Shown here piece after piece: positions 29,366 through 38,877 of a stretch of 64,000 nt of DNA. Under the pieces are notes generated by a model. It was not told where the DNA came from. It was given only the letters and a program-made list of their open reading frames with translations, and did no database searches. Numbering within the stretch: position 1 is the stretch's first letter; the number at the start of each line of letters is the position of its first letter. The translations under genes were made by a program, and so were the position numbers. The stretch is taken from the NCBI GenBank assembly GCA_963805435.1, contig CAWDUG010000006.1, forward strand, positions 26,681 to 90,680, read 5' to 3'. Source of the DNA: an uncultured Gammaproteobacteria bacterium (lineage in GTDB: Bacteria > Pseudomonadota > Gammaproteobacteria > Steroidobacterales > Rariloculaceae).

Positions 29366-29908
29366 CTAGAACCTGCAGTTCGACGGCAGATACTGTGGCG
29401 GAACCGTGGGCGCAACATACACGGCAGCGTTACCGCCGCCAGCCGTGCCGAGCGGGTTCAAACCGACCGGCGCCACCGACGTGCCACACCGCCACACGAC
29501 TGTCCCATCCGCCGACTCATATGGCATCAGCGTCAGCGTCATGCCGGTCACGACCGCGCTCGCGGCGTTGCCGTACGTGATCACGATGACCCCGTTCGCA
29601 ACGTCGATCGACGCGACGTAGTTGCCGCTCGAATCCGTGGCACTCGCCGACAGTCCGGCCGTCACGCGGTTCGCCGGCGCCTGGCCGCGCTCGAGGAACG
29701 ACGTCGCAATCGGCGGCTTTGCCGCCGAGGCAAGCTGCAGACCTTCCGCCACTTGCGCGCGGATCGTGTAGCTCTGGTACGCGGGAATAGCCATCGACGC
29801 GAGGATGCCGATGATCGCAACGACGATCATGAGCTCGATCAGCGTGAAACCGGCGGCGAAGCGGCGCTGTCGCGGCGCGGCCTGCAGTCCGTCTGCTCTA
29901 TCCAACAT
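29366..29908 (-). CDS. Type IV pilin (type IVa-like mature part) with an unusually long 20-aa leader
   Basis: The ATG at 29908 follows the RBS GGAG. The leader is [20 protein letters not shown]. The mature N-terminus is [27 protein letters not shown], and there is a C-terminal Cys...Cys loop (WRCGTS...LPSNCRF). Confidence 0.9.
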   Translation of the reverse strand: MLDRADGLQAAPRQRRFAAGFTLIELMIVVAIIGILASMAIPAYQSYTIRAQVAEGLQLASAAKPPIATSFLERGQAPANRVTAGLSASATDSSGNYVASIDVANGVIVITYGNAASAVVTGMTLTLMPYESADGTVVWRCGTSVAPVGLNPLGTAGGGNAAVYVAPTVPPQYLPSNCRF

Positions 29909-29941
29909 GACCTGCTCCAAACTCAGAGTAATTCGGGCCGC

Positions 29942-30298
29942 TCACGCGGCAGCGCCGGCATCCGCGTCGGCGTAGACGACCGCGATGTGCTTACGCATGG
30001 CGTAGCTCATCGCGAGCGTCAGGACGGCGTCCACCGGCATCGGGCGGCGCGCCACGAGGGTCTTGATCCGCTGCGTGACCGCCTCGCCCGGTTTGGCGCG
30101 ATCGGTCACACGTTCGATCGTCGCGAGCACGACCGTGTCGTCGAACGGCTCGGGCTCCGTGTGCACGCGCACGTAGTCCGGTTCAGAAGAGCCGGGCGAC
30201 GGCGGTGCGTTCAGCACTTTCACTTCCATGCTCGTGTCCATTTCGTCGCGCCCGCGGGCAACCCACGCGGGCTCCGGCATGAATGGAGCAAGAGCCAT
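29942..30298 (-). CDS. Hypothetical protein, start uncertain
   Basis: ORF 29942..30307 has codon bias consistent with coding, and I recognise no family. Candidate ATG starts are at 30298, 30280, 30241 and 30229. It lies directly upstream of the pilin gene on the same strand. Confidence 0.35.
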   Translation of the reverse strand: MALAPFMPEPAWVARGRDEMDTSMEVKVLNAPPSPGSSEPDYVRVHTEPEPFDDTVVLATIERVTDRAKPGEAVTQRIKTLVARRPMPVDAVLTLAMSYAMRKHIAVVYADADAGAAA

Positions 30299-30437
30299 GC
30301 CACGCAAGCCGGCAGGCCGCGGCGGCCCGCCGTGACAACGTTATGTCGCGAGCGGTTGACGTGAATCGTCAGATAGTGACGGCAAGGCGTGTTGACGTAA
30401 CAGCGACAGTGAGCCCGACAGGGCGGCTCGGAGCGTT

Positions 30438-31826
30438 TCAGTGTGGGGTCGCGTGCTCTGCGGTTTGCAACGCGCCGACAAATCCTTCTCGCCACGCGCG
30501 GATGTCGTTGCGGCGCAGTACTTCGAGCATCGCAGCCTGGCGAGTCCGCCGTTCGTCGAGAGACATGGAGAGCGCACGGCGGATGCCAGCCGCGACAGCA
30601 TCGACGTCGTGAGGATTGACGAGTACCGCCTGCCGCAACTCCTCCGCCGCACCGGCCATCGTCGACAACACGAGCACGCCCGGATCCTCGGGGTCCTGCG
30701 CCGCCACGTACTCCTTGGCAACGAGGTTCATCCCGTCGCGGATGGGTGTGACGAGCCCCACGCGCGCGAGGCGAAACATGGACATGAGCACGCCCCTCTC
30801 CACCGCGCGATTCAGATACCGAACCGGCGCCCAGTCCACCTCGCCGAACCGGCCGTTGATGTGCCCGCCCATGCGCTCGAGCTCGTGGCGAATCTCGATA
30901 TAGGCCCTCACACCGGAACGCGTGGGCGCCGCGATCTGCATGAACACGACCTCCCGCCGAAACTCCGGGTAGTGCTCGAGGAACGCCTGATAGGCCTCGA
31001 AACGTTTCGGTAACCCCTTGCTGTAGTCGAGACGATCCACACCGATCAACAGCCGGCGCCCTTGCAGGCTCGCACGAATTCCCTGTAATTGGCGCGACTG
31101 CACTTGCGCCGCCGCACGGGCCCCGCAGTCGTCGACATCGATGCCAATCGGAAAGACCTGCGCCCGAATCGTGCGTTCCGCATACCGCAGCGTGCCATCC
31201 GCAAGCAGCTTGGCACCGATCTCGGGCTGGGTGACGGCGTCGCGGAACGCGTGCAGATCGCGTCCCGTCTGAAAGCCCACGACGTCGTAGCTGCACAGAT
31301 CCCGCAGGAGCTGCGCGTGAACCGGCAAGGCTCGCCATACCTCGAAAGGCGGGAAAGGCGTGTGTAAAAAAAATCCCACGGGCTGGGTGACACCCGCCAG
31401 CCGCAACTGCGCGGCAAGCGGAATCAGATGGAAGTCATGGACCCACACGAGATCGTCGGCCTGCAGGAGCGGCCGCAGCTTCGCGGCGAACAATTCGTTT
31501 ATGCCGAGGTAGCTCTCGAACTGCGAACGGTCGTACTCGAAGAGACCGAGGCGATAGTGGAACAGCGGCCAGAGCGTGTTATTGCAAAAGCCGTTGTAAT
31601 ATCGGTCAAACTGCACCTCGTTGAGCGCGATGGTGGCGTACGTGATTCCGTGCCGGACGTGAGTCTGCGGGCTTTGCGGCTCGCCCGCAGTCAACTCGCC
31701 GTTCCAGCCGAACCAGATGCCGCCCCCCTCCTGGAGCGCCCCCAGCACGCCCACCGCCAACCCGCCGGCGGACGCTTTGTGTTTGGGGTCCGCCACGCGA
31801 TTGGAGACGGCTACGATTCGGCTCAA
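30438..31826 (-). CDS. otsA: Trehalose-6-phosphate synthase OtsA
   Basis: The N-terminus is (TTG)SRIVAVSNRVADPKHKASAGGLAVGVLGAL...GIWFGWNG. The sequence is GT20 OtsA-like throughout. The start overlaps the stop of the upstream GH15 gene (TTGA). Confidence 0.95.
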   Translation of the reverse strand: MSRIVAVSNRVADPKHKASAGGLAVGVLGALQEGGGIWFGWNGELTAGEPQSPQTHVRHGITYATIALNEVQFDRYYNGFCNNTLWPLFHYRLGLFEYDRSQFESYLGINELFAAKLRPLLQADDLVWVHDFHLIPLAAQLRLAGVTQPVGFFLHTPFPPFEVWRALPVHAQLLRDLCSYDVVGFQTGRDLHAFRDAVTQPEIGAKLLADGTLRYAERTIRAQVFPIGIDVDDCGARAAAQVQSRQLQGIRASLQGRRLLIGVDRLDYSKGLPKRFEAYQAFLEHYPEFRREVVFMQIAAPTRSGVRAYIEIRHELERMGGHINGRFGEVDWAPVRYLNRAVERGVLMSMFRLARVGLVTPIRDGMNLVAKEYVAAQDPEDPGVLVLSTMAGAAEELRQAVLVNPHDVDAVAAGIRRALSMSLDERRTRQAAMLEVLRRNDIRAWREGFVGALQTAEHATPH

Positions 31827-33609
31827 ACCGCATCCTCCCAGGACCGGCTGAGCCGCATCGCCGAATTGACGATTCCAACCATGCTATAGGTCTGCGGGAA
31901 ATTGCCCCACAGCTCGTTCGTCCGCGGGTCGATGTCCTCGGACAAGAGCCCGAGGGACGTGCGGCACGCCAGCATGTTCTCGAAGATCTCCCGCGCCTCC
32001 TCGCGCCGACCGGTCGTTGCCAGGGCGTCGATGTACCAGAACGTGCAGATGTTGAACGCGTTCTCGGGCGCACCGAAATCGTCGGGTGAAATGTAGCGGC
32101 GCAGATGCTTGCCGGAGCGCAGCGCATCGCCGACCACGCGGACGGTGCTGGCGAAACGCGGATCGTTCGCGGGCAGAAAGCCAAGCGTCGGCAGCAGCAG
32201 CACGCTGGCGTCTAAGTCCGGCGCGACCGAAACTCTCGGTGAAACAGCCAAGCTGCTCGTTCCAGGCGGCACGCTCGATCTCGGCATGCATCCGGTCAGC
32301 CGTCGTGCGCCAATGGAACGCGCGGTCGGCGGCGCCGAGATGCTGTGCGATGCGTGCGAGGCGGTCTGCTGCAACCCAGCACATCGCGCTCGAGAACGTG
32401 TGCACGCTCTGCCGCCCCCGATACTCCCAAAGACCCGCGTCGGGCGCGTTGAACTGTTGCACGGCCCGCTCGCCCAGCCGCTCCAGCCGCTCGAGCATTC
32501 CAAGATCGCCGCGCGCGACGATCCGTTGATCGAAGAACCCCTGCATCGCGGCGCCCACGACGGAGCCATACACGTCGTTCTGGCGCTGCTCGTACGCCTG
32601 GTTGCCTACCCGCACGGGGCCCATGCCCCGATACCCGGGGAGTGTCGCGACGACGCGCTCGGGCAGACGCGCTTCGCCGGAGATGCCGTAGACGGGCTGG
32701 AGATTGTCGCCCATTCGCGTCGCTGACGACGTTGGTCACGTAACGCAGGTACTGCTCCATCGTCGTCGTCGCACCCAGCCGGTTCAACGCTTGCACGACG
32801 AAGAACGAATCGCGCAGCCAGCAGTACCGGTAGTCCCAGTTACGGCCGCTGTTCGGAGCTTCCGGGATCGAGCTCGTGACGCCCGCGATCACGGCGCCCG
32901 TATCCTCGAAGGTGCAGAGCTTGAGAGTAATCGCCGCGCGAATGACGGCGTCCTGCCACTCGTACGGAATGGAGAGGCCATGCGTCCACGATTCCCAGTT
33001 GTTTCTTCGTCTCCCCGAGGAAGTGACGGGCCACCGCCGCCGGCGCGTCCGGCAACGTTTCGTCGGGGCCGAGAACGAGCGCAACCGGGTGGTCGAGCAC
33101 GAATGTCCGTTCCTCCAGTACCGCCGTGATCGACGCATCCGTCGTCAGACGCATGACGAGATCCGGCAGGACATAGCGGATGTGATTGCTGCCGTACGTC
33201 AACGTGGGATGCACGGCCCCATAATCGCCGAGCGGCCGCAATCGAATGCGCACGCGCGGGCTGCCAGCCAACGGCATCAGGATGCGCACCAGCGTCATGG
33301 GCCGAAAGAATCGCCGATGCTGCTGGAACCGCGGGGCGAAATCGAGAATCTTGACGGCACCGCCGCTTGCATCGTGGAGCACGGTCTCGACGATGGCCGT
33401 GTTCGGTAGATAGCGCTGCTCGCTGCGGGCGCAGCCGAGCAACTCACATCATAGTAACCGGCGGTCGGCTCGCCTTCGCCGGCGAACAAAGAGCAGAACA
33501 CCGGATCGCCATCGAGACGCGGCAGGCACGCCCAGACGACCCTCGCGCGGCGATCGAGCAACGCTGCGATCTGACAGTTGCCGATTAGCGCAAGATCGAG
33601 GTCAGACAT
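31823..33609 (-). pseudogene. Glycoside hydrolase family 15 (glucoamylase/trehalase-like), 4 frame breaks
   Basis: The N-terminus is MSDLDLALIGNCQIAALLDRRARVVWACLPRLDGDPVF. Later segments include ...NWDYRYCWLRDSFFVVQALNRLG..., ...GLWEYRG..., and ...NAFNICTFWYIDALATTGRREEAREIFENML at the end. The segments lie in ORFs 33295..33645, 32840..33442, 32296..33138, 31884..32714 and 31823..32569. The breaks fall near 33444, 32998, 32712 and 32222. Confidence 0.85.
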
Positions 33610-34355
33610 CAGGCCCCTCCCGCTGGCGTCGGACGTTCGAGCCAACTCAACACGTCTCGTTCACTCCCTATCCGCCAACGGGCGACGGTCTTGCGATCGA
33701 GACCGACGCCGATGGAATGTCCGCCGAGGCGGTTGACGAAGTCGAAGCCGTCCTCGTCGGTCAGATCATCGCCGATGAAGACGGGAACACGGCCGTGGAA
33801 CGGCGGCTCCCGCATGAACGCCTCGATCGCGTGCCCTTGCCGTTCGATTTGGTTTTGATCTCGAGCACCTTCTTCCCTTCCTGGATGCGGAACGCCGGCC
33901 CCACGGCTGCGAGCGCTTGGGCGGCGATCCGTCGAGCAGCCGTTTCGAGCTCCGGTGCGCCGCGATAGTGCAACGCCAACGCCACGCCCTTGTCTTCCAG
34001 CAGCACTCCGGCGTGAGCCGAGCTCCAAGCCGCGAGAAGCTGCCGAGCTGGCGCGAGCGCTGCGCCGTCCGCGCGGCGATACATCCTGCCCGAGGCGTCT
34101 CGCCGCTCCGCCCCGTGGACACCGGCTGTGGGCAATCGCAGCGGCACGAATAAGCCGTCGAGCTCCGCGATGCTGCGCCCGGACACGAGCGCGACGGCTC
34201 CATGAAGCCGCCGTTGCAACCCCGCGAGCACGCGAGTCGCTTGTTCGGGCACGTCGGACGGCTGTAGGCGTCTCTGCGATCTCTAGGAGCGTGCCGTCGA
34301 CATCCAGGAACAGCGCCCAGTCGTCGCGCCACTCTGGCAGCAACGCCTCGCTCAT
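33609..34355 (-). pseudogene. otsB: Trehalose-6-phosphate phosphatase OtsB, 2 frame breaks
   Basis: The N-terminus carries the HAD motif (MSEALLPEWRDDWALFLDVDGTLLEIA). The middle part lies in ORF 33761..34252 (...ALVSGRSIAELD...GVLLEDKGVALALHYRG...). The end returns to the first frame (...VFIGDDLTDEDGF). The breaks fall near 34255 and 33832. Confidence 0.85.
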
Positions 34356-34537
34356 GAGTCAACCTTACTGGGCTCGATTGGATATGCCAAGGTTTCTCGT
34401 CGCTCCAATTGCAAGGGTGTTCGTCGCCACGGACGCTCGCTACACTGCATATACACCCGAATCCAGACTTCGCGCGGCGCAGACCGAGGATCATTCGTCT
34501 GCGTCGCCAGGAGACGAGAACGACGGAAGGAGACTAC

Positions 34538-35611
34538 ATGAACCCGCTCGAATGGCTCGACTATACCGTCCTGGGCAACTCGGTCCTCACCTGGGCCACG
34601 AGCGCTGCAGCGTTCGTCGTCGTGTACGTGATGCTCGCCACCGTGCGGCGAGTGCTTCGCAAGCGCCTGGCCCCGTTCGCCGAGGAGGAAGCTCCCGCCG
34701 CGATGCAGATCGCGTGGCACATCGTTGCCGAAACCTCGGCGTGGTTCGTAGCGTTGGTCGCGCTGCTGGTTGCCTCGCAGCTCCTGGGCTCGAGATACTG
34801 GACCGAGACGCTGATTCCGCGCATCGCAACGATCGGACTGTTGCTGCAGATCGGCCTCTGGGCGACGGCCGCACTCACGACGTTCATCGGGCTTCGCCGT
34901 GAACGTCAGCTCTCGGCAGATCCCGGCGCCGTGGCCGCCCTCGACCTGCTCGCGTTCGTGCTGCGGCTGGTGGTTTGGGCCGCGGTCCTGCTCGTCATGC
35001 TCGACAACCTCGGCGTCAACATCACCGCGCTGGTCGCGGGGTTGGGCGTCGGCGGCGTGGCGGTCGCACTGGCGGCGCAGGCCATTCTTGGCGACCTGTT
35101 CGCGTCGCTGTCGATCGTGCTCGACAAGCCGTTCGTGGTCGGTGATTTCCTCGTAATCGGTGACATTCTCGGCACAGTTGAAAACGTGGGGCTCAAAACC
35201 ACGCGACTGCGCAGCCTGTCGGGCGAACAGATCGTGTTCGCCAACGCCGATCTCTTGAATAGCCGGATCCGCAACTACGGACGCATGTTCGAGCGCCGTG
35301 TCGTACTGTCTCTCGGCGTGACCTATCAGACCGCGGCGGCGAAATTGAAGCAGATTCCCGTGCTCGTCCGCGCCGCGATCGAGGCGCAAGAGCACGTCCG
35401 TTTCGATCGCGCACACTTTCAGGGGTTTGGCGACTCCGCGCTGCAGTTCGAGACGGTTTATTTCGTGCTCTCGCCTGACTACAACCTCTACATGGACATT
35501 CAGCAGAACATCAATATGACCATCCTCGAGCGGTTCGCAGCGGAAGGCATCGAGTTCGCCTATCCGACCCAGACCCTGTTCGTTGCCGCGACCTCACCCG
35601 CGCCCGCCTAA
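34538..35611 (+). CDS. Mechanosensitive ion channel (MscS family)
   Basis: The ATG at 34538 follows the RBS GGAAGGAG. The protein reads ...LVAGLGVGGVAVALAAQAILGDLFASLSIVLDKPFVVGDFLVIGDILGTVENVGLKTTRLRSLSGEQIVFANADL. The ORF is uninterrupted. Confidence 0.9.
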   Translation: MNPLEWLDYTVLGNSVLTWATSAAAFVVVYVMLATVRRVLRKRLAPFAEEEAPAAMQIAWHIVAETSAWFVALVALLVASQLLGSRYWTETLIPRIATIGLLLQIGLWATAALTTFIGLRRERQLSADPGAVAALDLLAFVLRLVVWAAVLLVMLDNLGVNITALVAGLGVGGVAVALAAQAILGDLFASLSIVLDKPFVVGDFLVIGDILGTVENVGLKTTRLRSLSGEQIVFANADLLNSRIRNYGRMFERRVVLSLGVTYQTAAAKLKQIPVLVRAAIEAQEHVRFDRAHFQGFGDSALQFETVYFVLSPDYNLYMDIQQNINMTILERFAAEGIEFAYPTQTLFVAATSPAPA

Positions 35612-36915
35612 GCCGCGCCGTGGACGGCCGATAACGCCACGCTGCTCGAGCGAATGTGCACGTCGCGCTGCGGATACGGCACCTCCACGTTCTGTTGTTG
35701 GAACAGCTGCCAGATCCGCAACAGAACCTCGCTCTTGACGTTCTGCACGCCGTTCTGCGCATCGGCAATCCAGAACCGTACCTGGAGCTTGAGCGCGCTG
35801 TCGCCGAACTCAATGAACAGGCACTTCGGCGCGGGCTCGCTAGCACGCGCGTCGTTACACGCGCCGCCTCCTCGCAGATCGCGATGACCTTGTCCAGATC
35901 CGAGCTTGTAGTGAACGCCGACATCGACCTTGAGCCGCGTTCGACTGTTCGTATGAGTCCAGTTCTCCACGCGCTCGGAGATCAATGTCTCGTTCGGTAT
36001 CAGGTGCTCGACTCCGTCACGCGTGATGACGGAGACATAGCGGCCGCCGAGCGCCGTGACCCACCCATAGGTTCCAGAGACGGCGATGACGTCCCCGGGT
36101 TTGATCGACTTATCGATCAGCAGAATGACGCCGCTGATCAGGTTGCTGACGATCTTCTGCAAACCGAAGCCAACGCCCAGGCCGAGAGCGCCGCCGACCA
36201 CGGCCAGCGCCGTGAGATCGACGCCGACGCTACGGATGGCGATCAGCACGGCCAAAGCGACGAGCACCGTCCGCAGCGATTTCGCGAACAGGACCTGCAC
36301 AGTGGGTGACAACGCACGACTCGTGCGAATCCGCGACTCGAGCAGGCCGGTCAAATACAACGCGACGGACAGCAACACCGCCAGGGCGACCGTCGACTTG
36401 GCCACGGTGTAGATCGGAGATCCGCAGTTGCCCGATCTGGATGACCGGCGGAATCGAGCACGGCGATCGTCGGCTCGAGCAAGTCGACGATGCTGAGCGC
36501 GGCGATCGACCAGGCCGCCCAGGTGATCAACTTCGCCCAAACCGGATTCTTCACCACCTGGGATAGCAGGTGGATCGCGATCCAGGCGGCCAGCAGCGTC
36601 GCGGCCGTGCTGACGAGGCCCCGAGGCCGACCCATCGTCGTCGCTACCGACAGCGCCAACCAAAGCAGCAACAGCCAGACTACGGGCGTTACGAGAGGCA
36701 TGGCCATATGGACGCTGCGAGCGGCGCCCGGATACGCCTTGTACCGATCGAGCCACGCCCGCAAACGGCCCGAAACGAGTATCGCGATGCCGAGCGTCAC
36801 GACAATGACCGCAAACTGCACCGCGTTGTCGAGCATGAAGACTTCGTTTCGAACCCACGTCGTAGACGACGTTCCAAAGCTCGAGAAGCCCACCGGCCGA
36901 AAGCAGCGTTTCCAT
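35608..36915 (-). pseudogene. Second MscS-family mechanosensitive channel, 4 frame breaks
   Basis: The ATG at 36915 follows the RBS AGGAGG. Recognisable segments are ...GGALGLGVGFGLQKIVSNLISGVILLIDKSIKPGDVIAVSGTYGWVTALGGRYVSVITRDGVEHLIPNE...FIEFGDSALKLQVRFW. The segments lie in ORFs 35608..37068, 36351..36893 and 35511..35924. The breaks fall near 36892, 36430, 35915 and 35840. Confidence 0.85.
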
Positions 36916-37039
36916 GGTGCGAACCTCCTGCACCCTACAGTTCAGTGAGCAGTCTAGCCTTCTTGCGAGCCGGCGTAGTTGATCGTGCAGCGCAAGCGTC
37001 GGGTAAGATGCCAGTCGCAGCAACTGGGATAGGTCCCTC

Positions 37040-38867
37040 ATGCCCGGCGCGCATACGATTCTGCTCATCGTCGTGACGATCGCGGCGTTCTATCTATACA
37101 CGCGGCCGTGGATCCGGATCGAGCTCGTGTCGCTGCTGCTGCTCGTGACGCTGCTGCTGATTTTCTATCTGTTTCCGTACGACGGGCCGGGCACGCGGCT
37201 CACGGAAATCGAGATCTTCCAGTCGTTCGGCCACCCCGCGCTGATCGCGATCTGCAGCCTCATGATTCTCGTCGCGCGGGCTCACGATGACGGGCGCCAT
37301 GGAGCCCGTCGTCCGCGTGTTGAGCCGGCTGTGGAAGCTGAACCGTGGCTCGGATTTCTCTGCACGCTGGTCATCGCCGGTGCGGCCAGCGCGTTCATCA
37401 ACGACACGCCGGTGCTCGTGCTCGATGTTGCCGCTGCTGCTGTCGCTGGCCGAGCGAACCGAGTATCCGGCGTCGAAAACCCTGATGCCGGTGAATTTCG
37501 CGATCCTGGCCGGCGGCATGCTGACGAGCGTGGGCACATCCACCAATCTGCTCGTGCTTCGGATCGCCGAGGACCTCGGCATGGCGCGCATGGGGCTGTT
37601 CGACTTCACGGGCACCGCGGTGATCGCTTTCCTGTCTGGCCCTGCCGTACCTGTGGCTCGTGGCGCCGCGTCTCCTGCCGAGCACGGATCGAGCCAGCAC
37701 GCGCTCGAACCGACGCTACGAGGCGCGCGTCGCGGTCACGGCCGAGAACAGCGCGAAGCTCAAGGGCCGCAAGCTCGCGGACCTGGCGCGCACACTCGGC
37801 CGCCAGCTGCCGGCTTTCGGCCTGCTGCGGGACGGGCAGGAGATCGCGGCCGAGCCGGCAACTCGAGCTCGCTGGCCGGCGACGCGCTGCTGCTGCGCGA
37901 CACGCCCGGAGGGCCTGCGCGAGTTCGCGTCGACGTTCGCCGTCGATCTGTTCGAGCGGGCCGGCACTGAGCGCTTCATGAGACGAGGACGGCCACGCGC
38001 CGATACGCGGCTGGCCGAGATCGTCGATCGGCAACGACTCGGAGCTGCAACGGCCGAACGCTGCGCGAGGCCCGCTTCGCCGAGCAGCACGAGGTCGTCG
38101 TCGTGGGACTGAGCCGCGGCACCGGCGGGTTGTTGCACGCGGACCACGGACATCGCCGACACGCCGCTCAGCGCCGGCGACATGCTGCTCGTGCAGGGCG
38201 ACGGCCGACCGAGTCGAGCGACTGCGCGGCCAGGCGCGACCTGATGTTGCTCGACGCGAACCTCGTCCTGCCGCACTCGCCGCTCGCGCCGGTGGCGCTC
38301 GCGATCATGGCGAGCGTGCTGCTGGTGGCGGCGCTGCAGTTGCTGCCGATCCATGTCGCGGGCTTCCTCGGCGTCATCGCCATGCTCGTGACGGGTTGCG
38401 TGCGTTTCGAAGGCATCGGCCGCGCGCTCAGCCTCGAGGTGGTGCTGCTGATCGCGTCGAGCGTCGCGCTCGGTCAGAGCCTCGTCGCCACCGGGGCGGC
38501 GGGTTGGGTCGCCGAGGGCATCGCGGCGCGTCGTGCAGCATCTGCCACCCGCGGCGCAGATCGCCGTCTTCATGGCGTTCGCGGCGGTGCTGACGAACTT
38601 CGTGTCGAACGCCGCGGCCGCCGCCGTCGGCACGCCGATCGCGATTGCGACGGCCACCAGCTCGGGCCTGCCGCTCGAGCCGTTCGTGCTCGCGATCCTG
38701 TTCGGCGCGAACTTGAGCTATGCGACCCCATGGCGTATCAGACCAATCTGCTGATCATGAATGCGGCAGGCTACCGCTTCAGCGACTTCGTCGAGGTCGG
38801 CGGGCCGCTCGTCGCGTTGATGCTCGTGGTGCTGTCGATGCTGCTCGCGAACCGCTACGGACTCTGA
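37040..38867 (+). pseudogene. SLC13/DASS-superfamily permease with central TrkA-C (RCK-C) domains, about 13 frame breaks
   Basis: The N-terminus is MPGAHTILLIVVTIAAFYLYTRPWIRIELVSLLLLV. Recognisable segments include ...SAFINDTPVLVLMLPLLLSL..., TrkA-C-like pieces (LAGDALLLRDTPEGLREF, DTPLSAGDMLLVQG) and the end ...TNFVSNAAAAAVGTPIAIA...MAYQTNLLIMNAAGYRFSDF. The frames alternate. The breaks fall near 37275, 37340, 37420, 37635, 37865, 37905, 38030, 38050, 38148, 38205, 38235, 38530 and 38728. Confidence 0.8.
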
Positions 38868-38877
38868 ACGTCCGCGC

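Noticed and set aside
34418-34446. An RpoS-type extended -10 (GCTACACT at 34439-34446) upstream of the intact MscS gene, in the divergent otsB/mscS region.
   Set aside because: It is attractive biologically because both are osmotic genes. However, there is no acceptable -35, it is about 90 nt from the ATG, and a single hexamer match is expected by chance. I did not call it as a feature.
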